Made by a program: the position numbers and the translations under genes. Under the pieces are notes generated by a model. That model ran no database searches. It was not told the origin of the DNA and saw only the letters and a list, made by a program, of their open reading frames with translations. 64,000 nucleotides of DNA from Candidatus Levybacteria bacterium RIFCSPHIGHO2_02_FULL_40_18. GTDB lineage: Bacteria; Patescibacteriota; Microgenomatia; Levybacterales; GWA1-39-11. The stretch covers positions 106,912 to 170,911 of the forward strand of contig MFOC01000002.1 of NCBI GenBank assembly GCA_001782235.1, given 5' to 3'. Below are positions 29,222 through 37,999 of this stretch, in pieces (positions within the stretch are counted from its first letter, which is position 1; every line of letters starts with the position of its first letter).

Positions 29222-30855
29222 ATCTTTCTTAATATTTTATCTGTTCTACTCCTGAAGGCAAACGTAGTAATAATAATCAATAGACCTGTTAAGTTTAGAA
29301 AATCGCTAGCAATTCTCGTGGGCGACTCACCAAAGCTTACTTTTATATTATGCGCACTTCTTGGAACGCTAAAAGTGATAAGCCCCCTGTAATTAGGGTC
29401 CTGAAATTGTATTGGGACTCTATCACCATCAACCATAACTTGCCATCCTGGAAAGTAAACTGTATTATCTACAATTTTTAAATCATTAGGGGCAATGACA
29501 TTAAATTCATGAACATTAGACTTTCTTTTTATCTCCCTTATCTCTCCCTCCCCCTCTATTACTTCATACGGAGCTTTCGCAGCTATGGAAAAGTCGCCTG
29601 CAGTCCAAATTGAACTTGCCGCACCATGATAATCTGTGGTCCCTTTATAAGATAAGTAAAAGGAATCGTCTTTTGCGTTGATAGGCTGAGTTTTTAAAAA
29701 AGAAAGAGAATAGACAAAAATTGCTGTAATTAAAATAACAATTATTTTTTTGTCGATAATTTCATTCAGGAAATACATGGCCAATATTATACTTGCAAAG
29801 CCTGATAAGCTTGTCATTCTCCAAGGGAACTGAAGGAAGCGAAAAAGGGGAGCTTTTTCCCATATTAAACTCGAGAAGTTTAGAGTCAAAAATATCGAAA
29901 ATACTAACACAGCTGTCCAAAAAAGAACCATCTTCTTTTCTTTAAATTTTTTAAAAAGTAGGGCGATTGATCCTATCGCAAGCGAAAGGTTTAAGATTCC
30001 TATTTGAGGGGAGAGACCTCCTGGTTTATTTACGTCCGGGCCAAATCCCCAGGGTGAATATGTTAATTGCTGAATGCTTGGGAAGTGATCTTTGAACATG
30101 TCACCTATAAAAAGTTCTCTATTTGTGTACCGCGACTCAATTAATGATGGGGCCCAAAAGAAGGCTGATAATATAAGACCCAATACGATAGGGGTTAATC
30201 CAAAAATTACATCTTTCAAATTACGTGAAAGTATAAATGCGTAAAGGAGAATAACCGGCGAAAACATTAAGCTAACTGCGTTATGAGAAAGTATAAGTAA
30301 AGCATAAGAAATACCAGCCAGAATTATAAAACCTGACGACTTAACTTCGATACTTTTTTTGATGAAAAGAAAAACCAATGGAACAATTCCCAATGCTACA
30401 AGTTCACCAATATCTCCCCTAACGTAAAGGTTTAAAAAATGATAAGGGGCAAGACCATATAATAATGCCCCCAGAAAAGCTGCTTCCCTGCGAACAAATT
30501 CTTTTGCCCACAAGAAAAAGGTTATAAAAGACAGTCCAAAAAACATACCTATTATTAATTTAAACGTTGCCTCAAAACTTAAACCTAGGGCATGAATCGG
30601 AATAGAAAGAAGACCCGGGAGGGGATAATAAAAAATAAAAACAGGCGAACCATAGCCATAGTTTAAATCGCCGGCCCATCGTAGAGGAAACTGTCCATCA
30701 AGAAAGGCCTTATAATAAGCAGCGAATCTTGCAACATGCGCTTCCCCATCATGAGACATGTAGAAATTATTAGAGAGCAATGGAAAAAGGAATACTATCG
30801 AAATTAAAATCAATAGGATTATCGGAAATAATTTATTTTTTACTAAGAGCTCCAT
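29218..30855 (-). CDS. GT-C membrane protein, PTPS-related family
   Basis: SHDGEAHVAR, RWAGDLNYGYG, PYHFLNLYVRG, LQFPWR, YFPGW; start placed at MELLV. Confidence 0.82.
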   Translation of the reverse strand: MELLVKNKLFPIILLILISIVFLFPLLSNNFYMSHDGEAHVARFAAYYKAFLDGQFPLRWAGDLNYGYGSPVFIFYYPLPGLLSIPIHALGLSFEATFKLIIGMFFGLSFITFFLWAKEFVRREAAFLGALLYGLAPYHFLNLYVRGDIGELVALGIVPLVFLFIKKSIEVKSSGFIILAGISYALLILSHNAVSLMFSPVILLYAFILSRNLKDVIFGLTPIVLGLILSAFFWAPSLIESRYTNRELFIGDMFKDHFPSIQQLTYSPWGFGPDVNKPGGLSPQIGILNLSLAIGSIALLFKKFKEKKMVLFWTAVLVFSIFLTLNFSSLIWEKAPLFRFLQFPWRMTSLSGFASIILAMYFLNEIIDKKIIVILITAIFVYSLSFLKTQPINAKDDSFYLSYKGTTDYHGAASSIWTAGDFSIAAKAPYEVIEGEGEIREIKRKSNVHEFNVIAPNDLKIVDNTVYFPGWQVMVDGDRVPIQFQDPNYRGLITFSVPRSAHNIKVSFGESPTRIASDFLNLTGLLIIITTFAFRSRTDKILRKI

Positions 30856-32098
30856 GTGCGGGCTTGCCACCCGAAGCATAAACTGCGGGGGGCCAGAAAT
30901 AAGCCATAGTAATTAAGATCGAAATATATGCTATATGGCTATTATTAAAGTACCTTGAGAAATACCAAAAAACAAATAGAAAAATGGTATAAGCAAGGAT
31001 TAAAGTTTTAACCGAAAGGTTTTTTCTTAAATACTTAATAAGGAAAAACACTAATGGAATTCCTACCAACAACTGAAAGACTGCGAAAGGGAATTGATCA
31101 TTAATGTTCTTTATAAATCCGATTTGATTTAAGAGCATTCCTAATCCGTAGCCGGAGATCGGATAGGCGTGTTCTGTGTTGCCTGAGAGGTAAAGAATGG
31201 TACTGTCAATAAATGCTTTTGGATTCCAAAAAAAGAAAGGAAGAATAATTATTCCAAAAATTGCTGCGAACAACCCCATGGATTTAAAAACTTTTGTTTT
31301 GTCTTTTTCCTTGAACCATAAATAAGCAAAATAGAATGGGAATAGTGGCCATGCGGACTGTTTGACGGCGAAAGCTGCTGCCATAAAAGCTGATGAAGTG
31401 AAGATCCGATTTTTAAATAAAAAGAAAAGCGCCGGAAACAAAAACCCTAACATGAAAAAATCGGACCTTCCCTCAATTGCGTAAGGCAGCATCGCAGGAT
31501 TAAATGCAAGAAGAAGCAAAAATGACCTTTTCTTTTCTCCGTCTTTTACAAGCAAATGCGAGGAGAGAAGTGTTACAAAAAATAAAAACATCAGGGGAAT
31601 TCGCCCGTCAAAATATCCAATTGTTCTTCCGCTTATCGCATAAAAAGGTACTGCAAATAAAGTATAAAAGGGCTGCATAACATAATGGTAAAGCGCAGGA
31701 TTTTTTTCGGTTGTCGAATAATTCCATTCCTCAAGCGGCGTGCCAAAATAATCTTCTTCGTAAGGATTCTTACCGACTAAAAAATATCGAATCGCAATTT
31801 CCTGCTGCAAAACTATATCGTGAATTCTAAATATTGGAAGACTTTCATGCCTCAGGACGATCTCCGATATGAATGCGCCGGAAATAATCGAAACAATAAG
31901 CGCCCACAAAATAATATTTTTTGAGTTTTCATAAATTTTATTTGGGACTTTTTTAAGATCAAAAAAAACAAAAGAAAGAAGCCCAATGAAGATCAAAGCG
32001 AAAAACCAATAGGGGGTGGCCCTTGGCCAAATCCCGTGTGAAAGAATAAATGGCACAATTAGAACAAATGCGAGAATTGTATCTAGTCTAATTGACAT
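30833..32098 (-). CDS. GT-C membrane glycosyltransferase (GT87-like)
   Basis: IHD, GKNPY, FNPA, EGRSD, AVKQ; start placed at MSIRL. Confidence 0.75.
   Translation of the reverse strand: MSIRLDTILAFVLIVPFILSHGIWPRATPYWFFALIFIGLLSFVFFDLKKVPNKIYENSKNIILWALIVSIISGAFISEIVLRHESLPIFRIHDIVLQQEIAIRYFLVGKNPYEEDYFGTPLEEWNYSTTEKNPALYHYVMQPFYTLFAVPFYAISGRTIGYFDGRIPLMFLFFVTLLSSHLLVKDGEKKRSFLLLLAFNPAMLPYAIEGRSDFFMLGFLFPALFFLFKNRIFTSSAFMAAAFAVKQSAWPLFPFYFAYLWFKEKDKTKVFKSMGLFAAIFGIIILPFFFWNPKAFIDSTILYLSGNTEHAYPISGYGLGMLLNQIGFIKNINDQFPFAVFQLLVGIPLVFFLIKYLRKNLSVKTLILAYTIFLFVFWYFSRYFNNSHIAYISILITMAYFWPPAVYASGGKPAHGALSKK
30858..30893. repeat. GC-rich REP-like segment forming the C-terminal tail of 30833..32098
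   Basis: gcgggcttgccacccgaagcataaactgcggggggc, encoding PPAVYASGGKPA. Confidence 0.45.
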
Positions 32099-34481
32099 TT
32101 CTTTTTCGCAAATAAATAAATCCGGCAATTAATAAGCTTACTCCCGTTATAAGTATACCAGCATGAAATGAAGGTGGAAGATAGTAAAATATTATCCTAC
32201 TTCTGCCGGAGGGGACGACTACACCTCGAAGTGCATAATTTACTCTATAAATTTTTGTTTCGACATTATTGATATTTGCTTTCCAGCCCGGATAAAAACT
32301 GTCCGAGAGAATTAAAATTTTAGGTTCGGCAGTTTCCGCTTCTACGATCACCTTATTAGGCTCGTAGGAAATTATTCGAGCGCTTGCCTGAATCTCATTT
32401 TCTTTAACCGGTAACGCTTCTGAGGAAATTACCGTGGTTCTTAAATCTATGTTCTTATCATATATTTCTTCGAGCGCTACCCTTTTGTCTATCCTTAGAA
32501 CAAATCTATCGGCAAAATACACTCTTGGGAATACCTTTCTGTTCTCAAAAACTATGAAATTATCTTTATCCCACACTTTTTTGAAACGTAATGGATCTAA
32601 TCTTCTTTCTTCGATTTTTGAGATCTCTCCCTTTTCAAACCCAATATATTTAACTCCTAACATGTCCATAATTCTGTATCTTGGGTCATTAACGTCTTCA
32701 AATGGAAATTCTGTGACAGCATAAATCAATGCGTCCGATCTTGAAAACGCACCTTCATATTTTCCTTTTCTTCCCGAAGATAAAAGTTCGTTATAGTACG
32801 CTATGTTAACAGGATCATATCCTTCCGGGGAATAGATTTTATAAACCGTAGCAAAATTATTGGGCAAATTTGCAGATCCATAACCCCAATAACGGTAAAA
32901 ACCTTGATTATCTTTTACAAAATCAATTAATGGGTGTGTAGGATAAAGAAATTTATTATCGGAAAATGATATATATTTATTTATAAATAAGAAAGAGCTT
33001 AAAACCAAAAAAGCAATCAGAACAAATCCTAAATTCTTTCTCTTTTTTAATAAAAATTGTCCCACAACTAGGATGGCCATCGATGATGCCGTAAAGAATG
33101 AAGGTATAACTAAATTTCTTGCAGAAATAATGTACCATTTGTCAGGCAATGCGCTAATTTTAAGATTATTTAAGATACTATAAACGACAAAAGAACCAAC
33201 AATCACAAAGATCGAAACTATTGGGATAAGAGCAAGAAAAGTTTTCTTCTTATTTTTTTCATTGAGCCACCACTCGATGCCTATTGCTGAAAGAACCGAT
33301 ATCGCAAAGCTTGTTACAAAAATTACCCTTATAGGAATCGAACTTGATAAGAATGGGACCGAGAGATCATAAACGAGTCTTGATGTTGGCAAATTAAATG
33401 TGAGAGACAAGGAAATTAAAGTTGCGGCAGCAAAGAAGATTACTAAACTGCGGTATTTTTTAATCCAAAAAGAGAGGCCCGCAAGAACTAGGGGAATAAT
33501 TCCGACATAAATCATATTCTCGTAGTACTGCCCGGGCCGAGTAATAAACCAATTTTGAGTGACAATATTTCCAAAAAAATCAGGAACAAACAAAGTCACT
33601 ATATTGGTTAGCGGAAGAAGAAATGAAACATTTAGATCATGTAGCTGGACCTGGCTTCTAGGTGAAAGTAGATATGCTTCAATTGCCGGAACCAATTGAA
33701 CCGCCGATACTCCAAACCCCAGCACGAATCCAAAAAATACCTTAAAAACTATTTTAAGTTCTTTTTTCTTCTCAATTAAAATTCGAAATATGAAATAAAT
33801 AAGGGATATAAGAAGAAGATAAATTGTCGGTTGAATATAGCCTGCCATGATTGACATCGCAATTGAAAAACCGAGCAATAGCACAAACTGCATTTTGCCT
33901 TCCCGAATTATTTTTTCAATAGAAAAAAGCGCAAGCGGAAACCACAAAAAGGCATGGGCAGACTGCCAAATTTCAGCATCCCAGATCTGCATGGTAGCAG
34001 AAAGCGCAAAAGCAAAAGCTCCAAAATATGAGGAGATTTCGCTTAATTTAAGAGCTTTAAGGTAAAGGTAGGTGAAAAAACCTGCAAGGACAGATGCACT
34101 TAATTTTAAAAGTATTAAGACAAAAGGCTTATTTAAGATAAGTATAGAAAGATGAAGCGGATAAAATACGCCGCTTGCCCAATTTCCAATGTGTGAATAT
34201 CCTGAAAAGTTATAAGGATTCCACAGCGGAATTTGTCCTGATCGAAAAGAATTGTAAGTAAAATCAAGCAAGGGATAGAATTCGCGGACTTCATCCACGC
34301 CCATGAATTTAAACGGTATGCCCGCGGGGAATTCAGTCCATTTCAAGAAATTCAATGGGGGCCATAAACCAACCAGAAGATTTCCATTAAAAGGAATTTC
34401 CCCAAGTAGTATTGGGTAATAAATAATTAATGCGACAACGAGAAATACAAAAATGGGAATTACATTAATTTTTCTACCCAT
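32088..34481 (-). CDS. YfhO-family membrane protein (GT-C)
   Basis: IPLWNPYNFSG, FVPDFFGN, EGYDP, SDSFYPGWKA, NYALRGV. Confidence 0.88.
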   Translation of the reverse strand: MGRKINVIPIFVFLVVALIIYYPILLGEIPFNGNLLVGLWPPLNFLKWTEFPAGIPFKFMGVDEVREFYPLLDFTYNSFRSGQIPLWNPYNFSGYSHIGNWASGVFYPLHLSILILNKPFVLILLKLSASVLAGFFTYLYLKALKLSEISSYFGAFAFALSATMQIWDAEIWQSAHAFLWFPLALFSIEKIIREGKMQFVLLLGFSIAMSIMAGYIQPTIYLLLISLIYFIFRILIEKKKELKIVFKVFFGFVLGFGVSAVQLVPAIEAYLLSPRSQVQLHDLNVSFLLPLTNIVTLFVPDFFGNIVTQNWFITRPGQYYENMIYVGIIPLVLAGLSFWIKKYRSLVIFFAAATLISLSLTFNLPTSRLVYDLSVPFLSSSIPIRVIFVTSFAISVLSAIGIEWWLNEKNKKKTFLALIPIVSIFVIVGSFVVYSILNNLKISALPDKWYIISARNLVIPSFFTASSMAILVVGQFLLKKRKNLGFVLIAFLVLSSFLFINKYISFSDNKFLYPTHPLIDFVKDNQGFYRYWGYGSANLPNNFATVYKIYSPEGYDPVNIAYYNELLSSGRKGKYEGAFSRSDALIYAVTEFPFEDVNDPRYRIMDMLGVKYIGFEKGEISKIEERRLDPLRFKKVWDKDNFIVFENRKVFPRVYFADRFVLRIDKRVALEEIYDKNIDLRTTVISSEALPVKENEIQASARIISYEPNKVIVEAETAEPKILILSDSFYPGWKANINNVETKIYRVNYALRGVVVPSGRSRIIFYYLPPSFHAGILITGVSLLIAGFIYLRKRNVN

Positions 34482-35497
34482 GTAGATGGCGTTTCGTCTG
34501 TCACTATTTCAAGATCATCAAGATAGCGAAACTTTTGAGGCCCAAGTTTCTTTGCCCAGGCAACCATTTTCTTAATGCCCTCCGCAAGGTCTACACTAGT
34601 TTGATATCCCAGGATTTTTTTTGCTTTATCTGCTGTACACCAAGCATTTAAAACTTCGAGTGGCCTCATAGGAAGATATTTTGGCGCAAGATGGGAGGGC
34701 ACGTTGCCGTCGGGGAAAAATTCTTTCAAAACAATATCGGCAAGCTCGTTAATAGTGTACTCTTTTGTTGGGCCAATATTGAAAATCTCGCCTTCTACTT
34801 CCGGAAGAATTGCTGCTTTTATTATATATGGAGTAAAATCATCAATATAAGAAAAGGCTCTTTTTTGAGCTCCGTCTCCGTAAATATAAAAATTTTTATT
34901 ATTTAAAAGACAATTTATAAAAATTCCAACAACATTTCTGTAGGGATCGGAGAGATTTTGCCCCGGTCCGTAAACGTTATGAGGGCGCATTATTACATAT
35001 TTGAATTTATGCACGTCTGATAATATTTTCGTTGCTTTTTCCATTGCGGCTTTTGAAACCCCATAAATATCATCCGGCGCGGTCGGCATAGTCTCATCAA
35101 AGGGCGGCGTCTGAGAACCGTAAACACTCATTGAGGATGTTAAAATCATTTTTTCAAGCCCATTTTTAATTGCAGGCACCAAAACGTATAGGTAGGCAAA
35201 ATAGTTCCTTTCGGTACACGATATTGGAGTAAATTGGCTTCTACCTTCAGTTGCGTCAGCTGCCAAATGAAACACTATTTTCGGTTTAACTTCGTTAATA
35301 TAATCACGAGTCTTATTTTTTTCTCTTAAATCAAGCTGGGTGAATTTACTTTTAGGATTGATATTTGATTCGTAGCCTCCTGATAAATCATCGACTCCGT
35401 AAACTTCTAAGCATCCTTGTTCAATAAGACCATCTACAAGATGGCTCCCCATAAATCCCGCAGCTCCTGTCACAAGAATTCTTTTACTTTTGTCCAT
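34460..35497 (-). CDS. NAD-dependent epimerase/dehydratase
   Basis: GAAGFMGS, TSSMSVYG, YGVSK, RPHNVYGPGQ; start placed at MDKSK. Confidence 0.93.
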   Translation of the reverse strand: MDKSKRILVTGAAGFMGSHLVDGLIEQGCLEVYGVDDLSGGYESNINPKSKFTQLDLREKNKTRDYINEVKPKIVFHLAADATEGRSQFTPISCTERNYFAYLYVLVPAIKNGLEKMILTSSMSVYGSQTPPFDETMPTAPDDIYGVSKAAMEKATKILSDVHKFKYVIMRPHNVYGPGQNLSDPYRNVVGIFINCLLNNKNFYIYGDGAQKRAFSYIDDFTPYIIKAAILPEVEGEIFNIGPTKEYTINELADIVLKEFFPDGNVPSHLAPKYLPMRPLEVLNAWCTADKAKKILGYQTSVDLAEGIKKMVAWAKKLGPQKFRYLDDLEIVTDETPSTWVEKLM

Positions 35498-35538
35498 ATT
35501 TTTGATTGTAATATAATACAGGTAGGTAATCAATTATT

Positions 35539-36255
35539 ATGTATAAAGGCAAAAGGGTCAGTTTAGTATTCCCAGCCTACAATGAAGGGAAGAACATCGA
35601 AGCGGCGATAAAGGATTTTCAATCTATAAAATTTGTGGATGAAATAGTAGTAGTTGATAACAATTCGCGTGATAAAACTCCTGAGATTGCAAAAAAAGCG
35701 GGAACTCTTGTTGTTCTTGAAAAAAATCAAGGATATGGATTTGCGCTAAGACGAGGAATGAAAGAGGCCACGGGCGACTTAATAGTTCTTTGTGAACCTG
35801 ATGCAACATTTTCAGCAGAAGACCTCCCAAGATTTCTATCCTTAACCGATAAGTTTGATCTTGTGACGGGTACGCGAACAAACAAGCGATATATTCGCAG
35901 TGGAGCAAATATGGGATTTTTTTTACGAGTTGGGAATATATCGGTAGCAAAATTTATGCAATTGCTTTACGGATTAAATAATGTATCCGACTGCGGGTGC
36001 ACTTTTCGCGTCTTCAAGAAATCTTTAGTCGAAAAAATTATCCCTCATCTAAGTGTTGGCGGCTCTCATTTTTTACCTGAGACGGTCGTATTGTCAAAAC
36101 TTGCGGGCGGAAAGATTATTGAAATTCCTGTTCATTACGGCCCAAGAATCGGCGAATCAAAAATAACCGGCTCCTTTAGGAGGTCCGTTAAGGTAGGCCT
36201 AAACATGCTCGGCACCATTCTAAAGAATAAAATAAATCCACCGAAACTGATGTGA
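35539..36255 (+). CDS. GT2 glycosyltransferase (DPM1-like)
   Basis: VFPAYNE, VDNNSRD, QGYGFAL, EPDATF, RIGESKI. Confidence 0.9.
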   Translation: MYKGKRVSLVFPAYNEGKNIEAAIKDFQSIKFVDEIVVVDNNSRDKTPEIAKKAGTLVVLEKNQGYGFALRRGMKEATGDLIVLCEPDATFSAEDLPRFLSLTDKFDLVTGTRTNKRYIRSGANMGFFLRVGNISVAKFMQLLYGLNNVSDCGCTFRVFKKSLVEKIIPHLSVGGSHFLPETVVLSKLAGGKIIEIPVHYGPRIGESKITGSFRRSVKVGLNMLGTILKNKINPPKLM

Positions 36256-36356
36256 GAGGTTAGACATGAGAAGCTGGATATTGACGTGGGAAGTGTGATC
36301 GTTAAATCTCACATCGCACCTCATAATCTAGCTTCAAACTTCTCGTTTCTCACCTC
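36249..36356. mobile_element. 108-bp heptamer-built palindromic element, intergenic copy between convergent genes
   Basis: gatgtga gaggtta gacatga gaagctg ... atctagc ttcaaac ttctcgt ttctcac ctc; supplies the TGA stop of 35539..36255. Confidence 0.85.
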
Positions 36357-36362
36357 ATGTAA

Positions 36363-37073
36363 TTAGTCTGTGAATCGATACTTTATTAATGTCCAGAGGG
36401 CGATTGTTCCGTCACGAATTGTATTTAGTTTTTTTCCTTCCTCATATCCTCTTGGTTTGGTTTTTATAGGAATCTCGCGAATCTTAAAACCCCTCTTTAA
36501 TAATTTCGAAGTAATCTCTGGCTCAAAATCAAATCTTTTGGATCGAAGCTCTATACCCTTCACCACTGATCTTGGAAAAAGCTTGTAGCAAGTCTCCATA
36601 TCGGTAATCCACTGCCCGTATAGAACACTTGTAACAAGACTTAAAAATCGATTTCCAAAATAATGTAGCAGGAACTGGAGCCTTCTCTCTTCATCGCCAA
36701 GATGAGGCATTCTAGCAAGTCTTGTACCATATATTACATCTTTATTTCCTTTGAGCTCGGAAACTAGCATTGGTATATCATTTACATCATACTCAAGGTC
36801 CGCATCTTGAATTATTATGTAATCTCCTGTCGCTTTTTCGATACCGGTACAAACCGCAGCTCCCTTCCCCATATTTTTTGGGTGCTTTATAAACTTAAAG
36901 TCTTTCTTAGGTCGTAAGTCTCCAATCTTAGAAACTGTATTATCCGTCGAACAGTCGTCAACAACTATTACTTCTTTTTCTACGCTGGGAATTTTAAGAT
37001 TCGAAACTTTGTCCAAAACTTGCGCAATAGTTTTCTCTTCATTAAAAACGGGAATAATAATTGATAACTTCAT
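36363..37073 (-). CDS. GT2 glycosyltransferase (DPM1-like)
   Basis: IIPVFNEE, DDCSTD, GKGAA, IQDADLEY, TDMETCYK, FDFEPEIT. Confidence 0.93.
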   Translation of the reverse strand: MKLSIIIPVFNEEKTIAQVLDKVSNLKIPSVEKEVIVVDDCSTDNTVSKIGDLRPKKDFKFIKHPKNMGKGAAVCTGIEKATGDYIIIQDADLEYDVNDIPMLVSELKGNKDVIYGTRLARMPHLGDEERRLQFLLHYFGNRFLSLVTSVLYGQWITDMETCYKLFPRSVVKGIELRSKRFDFEPEITSKLLKRGFKIREIPIKTKPRGYEEGKKLNTIRDGTIALWTLIKYRFTD

Positions 37074-37997
37074 TTAGCGAAAAAGTGCGGAATCGGACAT
37101 TTTGTAAAGTTTTCCCTGTTTAAACCTTCGCAAGATTATAATCGGAAATCGCAGGAGCGCAAAGATAAAACCTGAGATAAACGGAGCGTCTAGTTTTAAA
37201 ATTGACATTAATAAATGATAAGGAAGCCAAAAAAGATGTGAAACTATTAATTTTAAATCAGTTATATTTTTCCAAACAAAAATGAATTGGTTCCGATATG
37301 CAACTGTTTTTATATGAGCATCCGTGAAGTGTTTTTTAATAGCTCCTTCTGCATGCTTATGAACAACAATACTGTCGGGTTCGAATTTAATTTTATAACC
37401 TGATTTTTTGGCACGATATGAAAGATCTATATCCTCCCAATAAAAAGGGCCATAAAGAGTATCAAATCCTGAAAGTTTCTCAAATAGATCTCGTCTAACT
37501 ATGCTACTTCCGCCAGATATCCAAAATGTATCTGTCTTATCAACTTCTCCACGTTTATGGACTAAAAATCCCTTTTCCCAGTTTGCAAGACCTCTGCCGC
37601 GAAGAACAGTTTTCCCGTCTTCAATACTCCTATCCAGGAAGCCTACGCCGAATAAATTATCATCCGATTCTAAATCTTTTATTGCTGCTTCTAAAAAATT
37701 TTTCTCAGGCTTAACATCTGTATTAATCAACGCAACAAGATCTGCTTTCGATTGAGCTACTCCTCTATTAACAGTTGACGAAAAACCTAGATTTTTCTTG
37801 TTTCGAAGTAAAATAATAGATCCATTCGAAAGACTTTTTATAAAAGCCTCAAGGGCTTCAAATTCATTATGGTCCGAACCATCATCAACGACAATTACTA
37901 AACCTTTATATCTTTCAATTTCCTCTATCGTCCTGGGCAAGTTTTCTTTCAAAAGTGCCAGACCATTGTAGTTAGGAATTACTATATCAATTGTCAT
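37074..37997 (-). CDS. GT2 glycosyltransferase
   Basis: VIPNYNG, DDGSD, NLGFS, INTDV, FYWEDIDL. Confidence 0.92.
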   Translation of the reverse strand: MTIDIVIPNYNGLALLKENLPRTIEEIERYKGLVIVVDDGSDHNEFEALEAFIKSLSNGSIILLRNKKNLGFSSTVNRGVAQSKADLVALINTDVKPEKNFLEAAIKDLESDDNLFGVGFLDRSIEDGKTVLRGRGLANWEKGFLVHKRGEVDKTDTFWISGGSSIVRRDLFEKLSGFDTLYGPFYWEDIDLSYRAKKSGYKIKFEPDSIVVHKHAEGAIKKHFTDAHIKTVAYRNQFIFVWKNITDLKLIVSHLFWLPYHLLMSILKLDAPFISGFIFALLRFPIIILRRFKQGKLYKMSDSALFR

Positions 37998-37999
37998 AA

